From contig OZ024740.1 in NCBI GenBank assembly GCA_964016885.1, positions 86,862,001 through 86,926,000 of the forward strand: DNA of 64,000 nucleotides. Reading direction: 5' to 3'. This stretch comes from Eledone cirrhosa (taxonomy: Eukaryota). Every line of letters starts with the position of its first letter. The stretch's first letter is position 1. The notes under the pieces are model-generated. The model was not told the DNA's origin. It searched no databases and worked only from the letters and a program-made list of their open reading frames with translations. This document shows positions 1 through 13,859 of the stretch, piece by piece. The translations under genes were made by a program, and so were the position numbers.

Positions 1-1400
1 TTCTTCACGGGGAAGGGATTTAGTGTTTACAACAGACACTTTGCCCCGTCTTCCAGTAAGGATATAATCTATCTGGCTGGCGTGTTCCCCTGATCTGTAG
101 GTGATCAAGTGGTTTTCACGTTTTTTGAAGCTTGTGTTACAGATAGTTAGGCTATTTGCGTCACAGAATTCCAGGATTCTGAAGCCCTCCTCATTTCTAT
201 TTCCAACCCCATAGCCTCCATGGATTCCATCATAGCCATCACTAAGTTGTCCAACGTGATCGTTTAGATCGCCAGCAATAATTAAGTAGTCGCTGTCGGT
301 TATTTGGGAGGTATTGTGCATTAGCATCTCATAGAACCTGTCCTTTATAACATCAGGTAGACCAGATTGGGGTGCATAAGCGGATATTATTGTCACAGTA
401 GTTCTATTTAGAACTAGTCTTAATTTAATTATTCTGTCATTCACTCTATTTACGTCAATTACCTTATCTACCCATTTTTCAGCTAACATAATTCCTACAC
501 CACCCTATCCGTTGTCATCTCCCACCCAGAAAAGTTTATAGCATCGTTTTTTACCCACGATGAATCTGGCAGACCCCCCTCTCCACCTAGTCTCTTGAAT
601 ACAACAAACATCAACTTATTTACGTTCAAGCATCTCTACAACCTCATTTGAGCAACCTTTCAATGTTCCTACGTTCATGGTACCAACTCTGAAGTTGGGA
701 GGGTGGGACCTACGTTCATGGTACCAACTCTGAAGTTGGGAGGGTGGGATGGATGGGTTGGATGGGCAGGGAGGGGTGTGGGAGACGGAATTGTGTTGGT
801 CATCCGTATCTGAAATAAAGAGGGGTCCTTGTATTCTCGTCTGGCAGCGGGAAGTGAATTTATCTTTATCTGTGACATTGTCATTGAGTGCTTATACTTT
901 CCAAATTTCAGCAGTCAACCCATCAAACAGGTCTAAACTTAAGGAGTAGTAACCGGGGTGGTAGCTTTGCTATACTGATTTGTTAGAGAACTTACTAAAG
1001 CCGCTGAGTTATGATTGGACCATATAGCAATGGTGGGGGGTGGGGGGTAACTTTAGGAGAAGGTTAGTTTTTAGGAAGGGTCCAACAGATTGAGACATAT
1101 TATTAAAAACATGTAAAATAATAATTGAAAATCCGGGAGGAAAACGGAGAATTTGAATTTTAGACTGGCATAAATAGGAGTTTAAAACACTGCTTATTGA
1201 GAAGAATACTGATAAAAGAAAAGACAAATATTGCTTACATTCTCAAAATCGACAGATCGCCCGTAAGGTAGATTATATAGATAAATTCTGTCCTTGGGAA
1301 CCAGCAAGATTTATTTTATACTTGCGATCAGGCGGAGGGGTGGTATGAGAGAAGGAGAAAAGTGTTTACAAAGTTTGCGAGCGAGATGCAGGAAGGTTCA
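1..1400 (-). mobile_element. 5' part of an RTE-clade LINE: 5'UTR plus degenerate APE endonuclease coding region, runs off the window start
   Basis: Minus-strand translation of ~1-750 gives APE motifs: GTMNVGTL, VDVCCIQETRWRG, GGVGIML, IISAYAPQ, IIAGDLNDHVG, QIDYIL. In-frame stops and frameshifts are present. The 5' boundary is approximate. Confidence 0.88.
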
Positions 1401-1549
1401 TATATATATTTTTTCCTCCGCCTCTATCTTTACACTCGGCCCTTGAAAAAATTGATTCCACTTCATTTACTCTCATCTCGGGAACAATTTTGAATAGCGC
1501 CAGTTCGTAATTTGAATTCGGGAATTTTATATTCTTCGAATGAAAAGAT

Positions 1550-1631
1550 CCTTCTGACGAGAGTTTTTCTTTGCAACGGATGCCGTATGGACTCCGTTTA
1601 TTTTTGAGACTCGAAACCGATTCGGTAAAGG
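1550..1631 (+). ncRNA. Type I hammerhead ribozyme with an extended stem II
   Basis: cctt-CTGACGA-gagtttt..aacgga..tccgtt..gagactc-GAAA-ccga-t-tcgg-TA-aagg. The canonical core is present, stems I, II and III all pair, and the cleavage triplet is GUA. Confidence 0.8.
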
Positions 1632-1700
1632 TAACGATAGTAAGTAAAGTTAATTTTTTTTTATTTATTTTGAAACTTTTTCTTATTTGCTAAACCTTGA

Positions 1701-1749
<49 letters not shown>

Positions 1750-1808
1750 TATGCATACGTAAATGCATATACATATACATATGTACGTATGGGTTACATC
1801 GAACATTA

Positions 1809-1996
1809 ATAATTGGTTCTACTTTTGGCACAAGGCCAGCAATTACCCAGTGTATTACTGGTACTTTATTTTATCGACCCCATAAGGATGAAAGGCAAAG
1901 TTAACCTCGGCGGGATTTGAACTCAGAATGGAAAGGGCCGTAACTCTTTGCGTCAAAGCATGGCGTCCGACCCTCTACCGATACTGCCAATCCACC
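1809..1996 (-). mobile_element. tRNA-derived SINE, family A
   Basis: A-box-like TGGCAGTATCGGTAG and B-box GAGTTCAAATCCC, then central GCCTTTCATCCTTATGGGGTCGATAAAAT. There are many homologous copies in the window. Confidence 0.85.
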
Positions 1997-2519
1997 ATAA
2001 TGTTTGATTCGTTTGTAAACAAACGGCCCGATATATGTATATATGTGGGTGTGTAGATGTGGATATGTGTGTGTTATGGGGTATATTTCAATATATGACA
2101 TCTTATAACATTTCCATCCACTGTTACATGCATTGTGATACTAAAAGTAAAAGTAAATCTGGTAAGAGACTGGAAATGACAGTATTGTTGATCAAATAAA
2201 GACAATATGAGGTTTGAGACAACTTTTCAGTATTGACGAACAACTGACAACCTCTCATCTATTAGTGTCATTATAAAACACACCCAAAAATGCACCCAGT
2301 AAACCATGTAAGGTGGCTGATATGAGGAAGAGCTTCCACCCATAGAAACCATGCCAAAAATGGAATGTATGACAAGATGAGGTTGCTTTGACCCATCTGG
2401 TCATGACAACCTGTCCAAAAATGACAACGATGTATACATATACGTATATACATATATATATGTGTGTCTGTATGTGTGTGTGTGTGTGTGTGTAAGTATG
2501 TATGTATATATATATAAAA

Positions 2520-4068
2520 TAAAATGCATTATTTATGTTCATACACAGAAAAAAGGCGCTACTCAGGTTTAGAAGGCGACGGCCTACTACCAGCGCCTTC
2601 CAACCAACATCTTCGTGTACATAAACATGGAAGAGGTAGGAAGAGTGCACCCGAGCATAAAGTGAAAGGGGCACCGAACGGGCGACTGCGCATTAACACA
2701 CATAAGAGTGGTCACCTAGATAGAACCACCCGTAGCAAAAGTACAAGGACACGTAATCGCCACCGTAACGTCCTATGGTTCCCCCCCCCCTACTCTCGGA
2801 GTGTGGCCTCCAACATACCCCGGATATTCTTCGAAGCTTTACAGAAGAACTTCCCGCCCAACCATAGGTATAGAAAAATTCTTAATAGGAACAATATAAA
2901 AATATCTCCTAACCTAGCAGACATCATAGGAACAACGAACCACAGTAAGATCACCAAGACACAGCACCTCGACACAGACGCACCTACACCTGACAATAAC
3001 TATATCGGCCTTAACAACTCCCTGGAAGCATCCAATAGTGTTGGCAACGGCATCCGCAGACGCAACCAGCATAACCGCGAAATGACTGGAGACCATGCAG
3101 GACATGACGTGCGGAATAACAATCGCACATCCCCGCGTGCTGTGGGTTGTAATGGTGCTAACGACAGCTGCGGTAGCGTAGGTAACAACGTAGGCAGCAA
3201 CAATGATAGCCTTACCGTGGGAAATAGACGGAACCGCGACAGAAATTGCAACTGCCGCGACAGAGGACGCTGCCCCCTTAGAGGATACTGCTTGACTGAT
3301 AGGGTTATATATAGATGCACTATTACCAGCCACAATAGCGTTAAACATTATATAGGGGCTACCTCCGGCCCGTTCAAAATTAGGTTTCGAACACACCTCC
3401 ACTCTTTCACAAATAGAAAACTAAGGCACTCCACTTCGCTCGCGGACTACATCACATCACTAAAGGACTTAAATATCAGCTTCTCCACGCACTGGGAGAT
3501 TGTCGGCAGGGCTGCACCGTACAACTTCAAGAGGAAATGCGATCTTTGCCTCATGGAGCTCTACCACATCATAACTGCACCCCAAGAGCTCATCAACAGC
3601 AGAGCTGAAACAGCGATAAGTTGTACACATCGCTTAAAAATATCCTTCTTCAGATGTGTTAAGGATGAGGAGTGAAACCGTACACCGGATCTCCCTGCAA
3701 CGAGTCTTAACACCCCGGCGGGCAGGCGCTGCAAAATAACACCCAGGAAACAATCCTTGCGTACCAGACCCAGCCTCAGACAAACGGTTGCGGTAAGAAA
3801 AAAAAAGAAAGAAAAATTGTCCGGGGAAGGACTGCCCTAACACCGGCCAGAGTTACCTCCCTTGATCTGCTGCAAAATCAAAACAAGATATTTCTGCGAG
3901 CAATGAACCTTGATGTGGATTTAACCCCAAAAACTCTTTCCGAGCAATATAAGGAACACTTGTGATTATTGATGCCCTTGAGAAGTCCAACTGGTCGAAA
4001 CGTACGTAGGTGCTGTTTTAAATAAACATGTTTTAACGGTCTATTCTCCGATTTTATACTTTCCCACG
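2520..4068 (+). mobile_element. 5'-truncated Penelope-like retroelement flanked by microsatellites
   Basis: The ORF above, plus a 3' region with an HHR-like motif (3974-4013) and AATAAA (4021). It is bounded by (TG/TA)n on the left and (TA)n on the right. Confidence 0.8.
2524..3675 (+). CDS. C-terminal part of a Penelope-like element ORF (linker plus GIY-YIG endonuclease); no RT catalytic domain in this copy
   Basis: 383-aa ORF with WFPPPYSRSVASNI..FPPNHRYRKILNRNNIKIS, CNC..CPLRGYCL, VIY..YIG..FKIRFRTH and CDLCLMEL, typical of the PLE RT-distal/GIY-YIG region. Confidence 0.85.
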   Translation: MHYLCSYTEKRRYSGLEGDGLLPAPSNQHLRVHKHGRGRKSAPEHKVKGAPNGRLRINTHKSGHLDRTTRSKSTRTRNRHRNVLWFPPPYSRSVASNIPRIFFEALQKNFPPNHRYRKILNRNNIKISPNLADIIGTTNHSKITKTQHLDTDAPTPDNNYIGLNNSLEASNSVGNGIRRRNQHNREMTGDHAGHDVRNNNRTSPRAVGCNGANDSCGSVGNNVGSNNDSLTVGNRRNRDRNCNCRDRGRCPLRGYCLTDRVIYRCTITSHNSVKHYIGATSGPFKIRFRTHLHSFTNRKLRHSTSLADYITSLKDLNISFSTHWEIVGRAAPYNFKRKCDLCLMELYHIITAPQELINSRAETAISCTHRLKISFFRCVKDEE

Positions 4069-5421
<1,353 letters not shown>

Positions 5422-5799
5422 CATCATCATCATCATCGTTTAACGTCCATATTCCATGCTTGCATGGGTTTGGACAGGAGTTTTCCCACTTGAGGCAAGA
5501 GTGGTTGTCTTGCTCGCATAGGACTGTCTGGCGGGTTTTCTACGGCTGGATGCCCTTCCTAACACCAACCACATTTACAGTGTGGAACTGGGAGGTTTTT
5601 ACCGTGTTACCTACACGGCCACATTACAGCGTGGACTGTGTGTTTTTTTGTTGTGACACCTACACGACCTCATTTGTTTCGGGCTGGATGTTGTGGTACC
5701 AACATAACTTTACATTGAAAGGGGTGGTGTGGATGGGGTGGGGGTAGTGGGTCGGGGGATTATTTTGTTAGAGGTGCCTACTCACTGTAGTAGGTTTCG

Positions 5800-6098
5800 C
5801 TTTGTACTTAGGTAAGGCGGGTCTTCTCTATTACTGTGTAGTGCCAAAGATCTTGGTCCAGTGACATTGTCTTGGAGAGGTGTAAGTGTGTGAGGTCGGA
5901 ATTTATCAAGTCGTCCCAGGTTTTTCTGGGTCTGCCTACTCCGTGGCTACCGTCTAGTTTTATTGCCCTGCACTTTTTTATACAGCTGTGGTCTTTCATG
6001 CGCATCACGTGACCATACCAACGTAGTCTTCTCTCGAGTAAACAACATCTGATCCCTCTTATTTCTAATTTTTCCCTTAGTTCGTTTATGCTTTGCCC

Positions 6099-6100
<2 letters not shown>
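5800..6100 (-). mobile_element. RTE LINE 3' fragment
   Basis: Translates as RLRWYGHVMRMKDHSCIKKC..GRPRKTWDDLINSDL. Confidence 0.8.
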
Positions 6101-6161
<61 letters not shown>

Positions 6162-6385
6162 ATCATCATCATCATCGTTTAACGTCTATCTTCCATGCTA
6201 GTGTGGGTTAGATGGGAATTGTCCCATTTGAAGCAAGACTGCTCGGGTGACCATGTCTCGCTCATGGTCACCCGACCAGTTTTTTCTACGGTTGGATGCC
6301 CTTCCTAACGCCAACCACATTTACAGTGTTAGCTACATGACCACATTACTGTGTTTTTTTTTTGTTGTTGTTTTATATATATATA

Positions 6386-6676
6386 TCATCATTTCATTTT
6401 ACGTCTGCTTTTCCCTACTTGCAAGGGTGGGACGGGAAATGATTCTGGTTTGATTTCTAGAGCTGGATGCCCTTCCTAACACCAAGCTCATTTACAGTTA
6501 GTGCTGGGTGCTTTTTTTCCATGGTGCCTACACCTCCACTTTACAGTGTGGGCTGGGTGCTTTTTTTCCGTGGCACCTCCACGACCACTTTGCAGTGGAA
6601 TGATATGGACCCCAGTCCTATCATCTCATTTCTACACCTGAGTAAACTGGAGCATTGTGAAATAAAGTGTCTTGCT
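6386..6676 (-). mobile_element. SINE family B, 5'-truncated copy
   Basis: Reverse complement of the 6853-7194 element body and tail. Confidence 0.8.
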
Positions 6677-6852
6677 GAAATATATATATATGTATATATG
6701 TATCCAAAATTAAATTAAGGGTGTCATGTCAGAGAGACATGTACCATATCCACTGTAGAATATGCTCAAAGATTCCAATGAATATATCCGAGCATTTCAT
6801 ATCAACTATGTCAATCAATTTCTAGTTGATATGTATATATATATATATATAT

Positions 6853-7194
6853 GGAGGCACATGGCTTAGTGGTTAGAACATTGGCCTTGCAATCGAAAGG
6901 TTGTGAGTTCAATTCTCAGACCGGGTGATGTGTTGTGTCCTTGAGCAAGACACTTTATTTCACATTGCTCCAGTTTACTCAGCTGTAGAAATGAGATGAT
7001 AGGGACTGGGGGTCCCTATCATTCCACTGCAAAGTGGTTGTGGAGGTGCCACGGCAAAAAACACCCAGCACTCACTGTAAATGAGGTTGGTGTTAGGAAG
7101 GGCATCCAGCTGTAGAAATCAAGCCAGAATCAGTTCCCGTCCCACCCTTGCAAGCAGAGAAAAGCAGACGTAAAATGATGATGATGATGATGAT
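6853..7194 (+). mobile_element. tRNA-derived SINE family B, full length, inserted in (TA)n
   Basis: TGGCTTAGTGGTTAGA A box, GAGTTCAATTCT B box, GTGTCCTTGAGCAAGACACT central motif, and an RTE-like tail ending in (ATG)n. Confidence 0.9.
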
Positions 7195-7482
7195 ATATAT
7201 ATATATATACATATGTTTATATATCAGGACTCTTTGAAGAAATGTTTATATATCAGGACCTTTGAAGAAATGGTCTTGCTGATTATATCAAAACTGGTTA
7301 GACAGAATTCGATGAAGGGGACATGTATCTATGGTTGTTCAAGAGATATAATGGGATTACAGGCTGGTTAAAGGAGAAGATAAACATTGTATACAGCAAA
7401 TGTATAGGAAACACACAAACCACACATGGAATATATTCCTTCAATTGCCTAGGTGGCTCTCTAGACGTCTTGTATGTATCTA

Positions 7483-7531
<49 letters not shown>

Positions 7532-7755
7532 GTGTGTCTTTCTGTATCTTAACAATGCAACAAAAAAAAAAGATTGATAAAATAAGTACCAGATATGAAA
7601 ACTATGTACTGGGATTGGTATAATCAACTAAATCAGAGTGGTGTCCCAGCATTCTACTGAGTGATATAAGTAAAACAAAATTATAGTTAGAATAACAGTA
7701 GAATATATTGGGTAAAGTATTATTATTTATAGTGTTTATATGTATGTATATTTAC

Positions 7756-7851
7756 ACTCACATTTACACAATGCATACATACATTCCTGCTTATATACAT
7801 ACATATATGTATATAAGCAGGAATGTATGTATGCATTGTGTAAATGTGAGT
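7756..7851. repeat. Perfect 46-bp inverted repeat with a 4-nt loop
   Basis: actcacatttacacaatgcatacatacattcctgcttatatacata-cata-exact reverse complement. Confidence 0.92.
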
Positions 7852-9731
7852 TTATAGACGGTGACAGACAAACAGACAGACAAGAAATGCTTGTAAGACA
7901 ATATTTATGTTGGTTTCTCATGTTAGAAATGATATACAATTGTTCATGAGGCGTGTCTTTTGTTTTATTTTTAACAAACGGACATTGAAGTGCATAGCAC
8001 AATATCATACAGTCAAGTACAGTTTGTAACTAACTAAAGAGAAAGACACAAAATAGAACACCTATCAGATATAGAAAACCTGTAAAGGAAAGCTATAAAA
8101 TAAGTTATATGGGAATAGAGAATATAAGCTGAAATAGACTGATGGAGTTATGTCAGCTGGTGTTGGCTGATGTATCACATGTGTGGCTTACAGATGTGAT
8201 AACACTCATTCTGATGGTGTTTTCTGAAATGTTTAGTGCAGCTGTGTGCATGTCAAGTGAGTTTCGAGGTGTATATGTGATTACGACTCTACGTGTGTAA
8301 TTGAATGTGTTTATTTCCTTGTGTATCAGTGCGTGTGTATGTGTGCCTCAGTGCATATCAGCACCTGCATTTCTGCATGTGTGTCAAGTGGATTTTGGAA
8401 TGTGTACATGTGTGTATATGTAATGAGTCTATGTATGTATGTGTTTTTTGCCATGTGTGTGTGTGTATATATGCGTGTGTGCGCGTATGTGTGAATATGT
8501 TTGTGTGTCTGTCTAATGGGGCTTGTGCATAGTTGTGTGTATGCCTGATTGAGTCTATGTGTCAGTATATGTTTTTCTATGTGTGTATGCATATGTGAGT
8601 GTGTACATGTGCACTTGTGTATGTATGTGTGTGTGAGAGTGTGTGCGAGCAGGATTGTTTTGTTTTTTTCTATTTGACAGTGTCACAGATGCTGCATTGC
8701 AATGCATCACCCGCATCACACTAATTATCTCCATTATAAACCAGTGATGGAGCCTCTCTGAAGTAATTTGACCAGATTGAAATCCAGACAAGCCTCATAT
8801 CAACACACATTAATGTCTTTTAAAAAATACCCATTAAATAAGGTATTCACAGCTATACTATGTTTGATATGAGTAAAAATATAGTGAAATGTTTATGATT
8901 GGAACATAAATCTGCTGTATAGTACTGACCTAGGATTAAATAACTAAAAACAACTGGCAGAATTATCTTGAGAGAATTCTCTATATTGTGTGGTGAGAAT
9001 TACGATTTCATTCACATAATATTACGATTTCATTCACATAAATGCACCCAGGACAAAGGGGTTGGTGATAGAAAGGGCATTCAACCATAGAAATCTTGCC
9101 AAAATATAAACATATGAACAAGATGTGGTTCTCTGAAAGAAACAATCCTTCCAACCCATGCCTACATGGAAAATATTCATAATATATTTTTATAATTACA
9201 CTCATTTATTGCACATCTAGAAATATATTGTGACCATTACACTTTATTTTACAATATATTGCTATCAATACACTCTATTATTCCACATTTCACATTATAT
9301 TGCTATCATTATAACCTATTGTCTGAGTTCAAATCCCGCCGAGGTTAACTTTGCCTTTCATCCTTACGGGGTCGATAAAATAAAGTACCAGTAATGTACT
9401 GGGTAATTGCTGGCCTTGTGCCAAATGTAGAAACAATTATAACCTATTGTGGTGATGGTGGTCATGGTGACAACATATTCCTGCATATCGTATAAGACAA
9501 CTAAAAGTTCATGTGCCAGGACGGACAGTGGTTGTAAAACATTGCTTCAAAAAAAATAACAACCGATGCTCTGGGATTCACAAGACTATCCCTTTCTTTA
9601 GATAGGAAGATAGCCATGGTGATATTTATTGTTGTTGTATATCTCAGTATATATTGTTATTATTATACACTGTTATTATTATACACTGTTATTCGTCATC
9701 TCATAATATATTGTTATATATTATTATATTA

Positions 9732-9953
9732 GGGGCGGTAGATTGGCAGTATCAGTAGAGGGTCGAACGCCATGCTTTGCAGCAAAGAGTTACGTCCCTT
9801 TATGATCTGAGTTCAAATCCCGCCGAGGTTAACTTTGCCTTTCATCCTTACGGGGTCGATAAAATAAAGTACCCGTCACGCACAGGGGTCGATTTAATCA
9901 ACTTTCCCCTCCCCCAAAATTGCTGGCCTTGTGCCTATATAAGAAACCATTAT
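9732..9953 (+). mobile_element. SINE family A, full length (partial copies at ~9320-9440, 10157-10320, 11590-11700, 13215-13385, 36540-36675, 41045-41325)
   Basis: Same head and GCCTTTCATCCTTACGGGGTCGATAAAATAAAGTACC core as 1809-1996. Confidence 0.88.
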
Positions 9954-10379
9954 GAATTCTATTCTATTAAACACTTCATTATTATTTTATTATCCATATA
10001 TAAACAACTGATATTTATAGTTTCTCATGTTCTATCTTTTGTGTATAGTTAGTATGTATAGTTTCTCTAAATATTCCTATTCATCAGTAGTCAATGAAGA
10101 TCATGACTTTGGCTACTTTACTGGCTGGATTGTATGTGTCCATAGATAGATGGTGGTGAGGCGGTAAAATGGCAGAGTCATTAGAACATCGGATAGAATG
10201 TGTTGGGGTAGTCATTCCAGGTGTCTACACTCTGAGTTCAAATCCCACCAACTTCAACTTTGCTTTCATCCTTTTGAGATCGATAAAAGAGGACTGGTCT
10301 AGTACTGGGTCAATTCTTCCTCTATATCTCTTTCTTACTTCCTCTCTATCACTCACTCTCTCTCTCTCTCTTTCTCTAG

Positions 10380-10870
10380 AAGAAATCAGCTATGTTTAGA
10401 TCTGGAGAGGTGACGGGCTCCACCAGGTTTTACAAAATGCCTGAGAAACACCCCATGTCACTATGGCACACCTACAACAAAGCCATATGCCTCTATGGCA
10501 CCCCTACAACTCCATCAGGAGTTACAGGTAAAAAGAAGATAGGTGGTGAGTCCAATTTTGGCACTGTAGTAGTGACAACAGATAAGACACATGTGTTCTG
10601 TGGCTTTATTTGAAGTGTCAGCCAAGGAAGCTTTGTAGAGCTGGAGATTGGTTTTTTCGCTGTCTGGATGTGTTTCTCTTGCAGGGGTCTTGTGTTTTTA
10701 TGAATGAAGTGATTTATGAATGGGTTGGGTTTATTATGAACAAGCTGTTCCCAGGATTTTATATCAATGCCCATGGCTTTCAGTATTGGGGGCAAGTTAT
10801 CCTTAAGCATTTATTTCATGTCATGAGCTACTCTCTTCCTTGTAGAAAGCTCACCATCATATATATCTAA
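10380..10870 (-). mobile_element. Degenerate RTE (BovB-like) LINE 3' end
   Basis: MLKDNL..AMGIDIKSWEQL segment and a decayed C-terminal zinc-finger region; similar to 15081-15530. Confidence 0.55.
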
Positions 10871-13859
10871 CTTACCTACAAATGCTATTTCTACAGCTAT
10901 TTCTACGTAGTTAACAGTTGTGTATTGGCAGCATGACTAATTTAAGCAGAATCCAATGAAAGACAATGAACATGAATCTGATATCTCTAATACATCTCTA
11001 TATTTAGAGATTCCTTGCACAGCAAACATGTAACTTCCATAGAGCTTAGTCTACTAATTTTTTTTTTTGTTTGTTTTCATGTTGGGTTTAATGAAAATGT
11101 ATTTAAGATTATTATAGTTATTATCATAGGACAAAACTTTTATATTTATCTGAAGGTGAAGGATTGTCAGAATCATTAGTAAGGTATTTGTATAGGATTT
11201 TTTGGAGTTCAAATCCTACCACAGTAAATTAGTCATTCATCCATATGGGGTTTGGAAAATAAAGTACCACTCTGGTACTAGGTTGATATAATTGACTATT
11301 CTTCCCCTAACCACAAACAACAACACTCCCAAAAATGCTTGCCTTCAGCCTAACTTTTTCATCTGCTTCAATGGAACTCAACCCACATGTAGAGTGTGCT
11401 GCATAGGCTTCCTTCAGAGGACGAGTGTCTCAGGATAATTTTCATAATTATTTTAAATTCGAAGGCGCTGTTTTTCATTTGAAATATGGTGATGAAAGGG
11501 TTAAAAAACACAATGTATTTCTTGGAGATATATTGAAATACAGATTTAGTGACAAGGTCGTAGTTTCATGCCAAATGACTTTAATACTTAATAATTGTTT
11601 CTACTTTAGGCACAAGGCCAGCAATTACCCAGTGCATTACTGGTACTTTGTTTTATCGACCCCGTAAGGATGAAAGGCAAAGTCAACCTCGGCGGGATTG
11701 ACTTTGCCTTTGATACTTAATAATATGAGTGAGACATGATCCTTCAACCTGTCTAGAATGTCAGTAACTCTGAAAAAGAATTGACTATGTCTATAACGAC
11801 CTATCCAATCGATGCCAGCACATGTTAAGTGAGGATGATTTTGATAATCATAAGGAAATATTATGGCATGTGTGTTTTAACCCTTTCATGCCACATGTTT
11901 AGTGCATGACACTGCCAAACAATTTTTATATAATCAAGCATATGGATGAATTCATAATACAACTAATTTTCTCTATCAACACTTTAAAAAAACCAGAAGC
12001 AGTTTCAGGAGGTTTGGTATAAAAAAAAAGGTTAAATGGCTATCATGGCTATCAGTGCAGCTTAAAAGATCTCGCAGAATTTAATAATAATGCAAAGGAC
12101 TGTGTAAAGAAATGGGAAACTGTCATCTAATCATATGCTTCGAAGATACAAAAAGACGAATGGCTATTACAGTACAATACCATTGTCGTCGTTATCATTG
12201 TTATTATCATCCTCACCATCATTATCATCTTAATCATTGTTGTCATCATAAAACATTATCATTGTCATCGTCAAACATCGTCATTGTTATCGTCACCATC
12301 GACGTCATACTCATCATCATCATCATTTGTTTCATCTGTTTCAACACTACATTCTTCCATTTGTTGGATCTTCAGCTCCTCTGTGATATTTGGTATCCTG
12401 ACATCAATCCTTCCCAACTCTCTCCACCATCTTCAATGGTCTTCTACTTGCACACCATTCAAACACGTATGTTTATACCAGTAAAGACACAGTCATTATA
12501 TATAGTAGATTGGCAGAGTTGTTAGAGCAGAGGACAATATACTTTGTAATATTTCTTCTTACACCAGGGTCAACTTTGACTTTCATCCTTTTTGGGATAA
12601 TGAAATAAAGACCAATCTGGGGTGGTAGATTAGTGTCAGACAGGATAGCTTGTGGAACTTGGCTTGGCTCTTTACATTCTCAGTTAAAATCCCTCTGTAT
12701 CCTATTTGAGCAGTAGACTTAATTTCTTGTGCAGTTTCATATAATCACTTTGTCCTTTAGTGCTTTTAATGGAGTTCACTCTAGTGCAAGCACTTGGGCC
12801 AGTTCTTCAATTTGAGGATGCCACATCTGGTATACTATTCTCGGAGTCCCTAAAAATAGTCATGAGCACTGTCTTTATGTCAATGGCTTAGCAATAAAAA
12901 CACTACTGTTGATACTTCTAGTATCCACTTTTTATCTCAGCACACTTGTGCTCCATCATTCATCTACTACTGACATTGAACAGCTGGTGAAGCAAGTTCA
13001 CTTCATTTCTTCACACTTCTTATATTTCTTTCTTGATTATGTATCTATGTATGGACATGTAACCCCTGCTAGAGTCGTATGGGTGCCATAATGACATATG
13101 GAATTTTTGGGGCATTTGTAAAACCTGACAGAGCCCATCATTCTCCAGCCGATTTCATCTAGAGAAGGAGAGAAAGAGAGAGAAAGTGTGATAGGGAGGA
13201 ATTGAGAAATATATATAAAGGAAGGATCAACCCCAGGACTGCACTGGTACTATTTTTATTGATCTCGAAAGGATAAAAGTCAAAGCTGACCCCAGCAGTA
13301 TTTGAACTCAGAGTTCAGTGAGTCAGAATGTACACCACAAAACATTGTATCTCATGTTTTAAAAACTCTGCCAATTTGCCACCTATTTTCTTGATAGTCT
13401 ATCACAAGCCCAAAGGCTCACCAAGCCAGTGATTATCCTAGTTTCCATGGCATAAAGTGACTGAGTGTACAAGACTTCCCCTGAACAGTATACCTGTTCA
13501 TCACAAGGTTAAATCCCTCCTCCATCCAGCTATTGCTGCCATTCATTTCAGCTGAGTATACAATGTGAAATGAAGTGTTTTGCTATTTTCTTGATAATAC
13601 ATTCTAATTAACAAGGAGGAAAGTATAGCAGAGTTGGTTCAGAAGTTGATCTCACAATCACAAGTACCTGAGTTCATTCTCTTTGTAGCTATGGTAAAAG
13701 ACAAATGTCTGTTACCATAGCTACAGCTTGACATGAGCCTTGTCAATGAAATTGGGTAGGCAGACTGTATGGAAGCTTGTTAGGTAGACTGTACCTGTTG
13801 ATTCAAATTGTCACACAGTATGATATGCCAACTCTACTATAGAATTATATTATTGGGGC

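Noticed and set aside
6853-6925. tRNA gene (also 19695, 40634, 9732)
   Set aside because: These are tRNA-like heads of SINEs: they continue into a shared body and tail, and the acceptor stems are imperfect.
10055-10092. CTGATGA..GAAA on minus (similar hit at 48605-48650 on plus)
   Set aside because: Stems II and III do not pair; chance matches to the hammerhead core.
12790-13140. Possible mariner transposase C-terminal remnant on minus
   Set aside because: Only a short GILKL..WPKC-like resemblance; too decayed to call.
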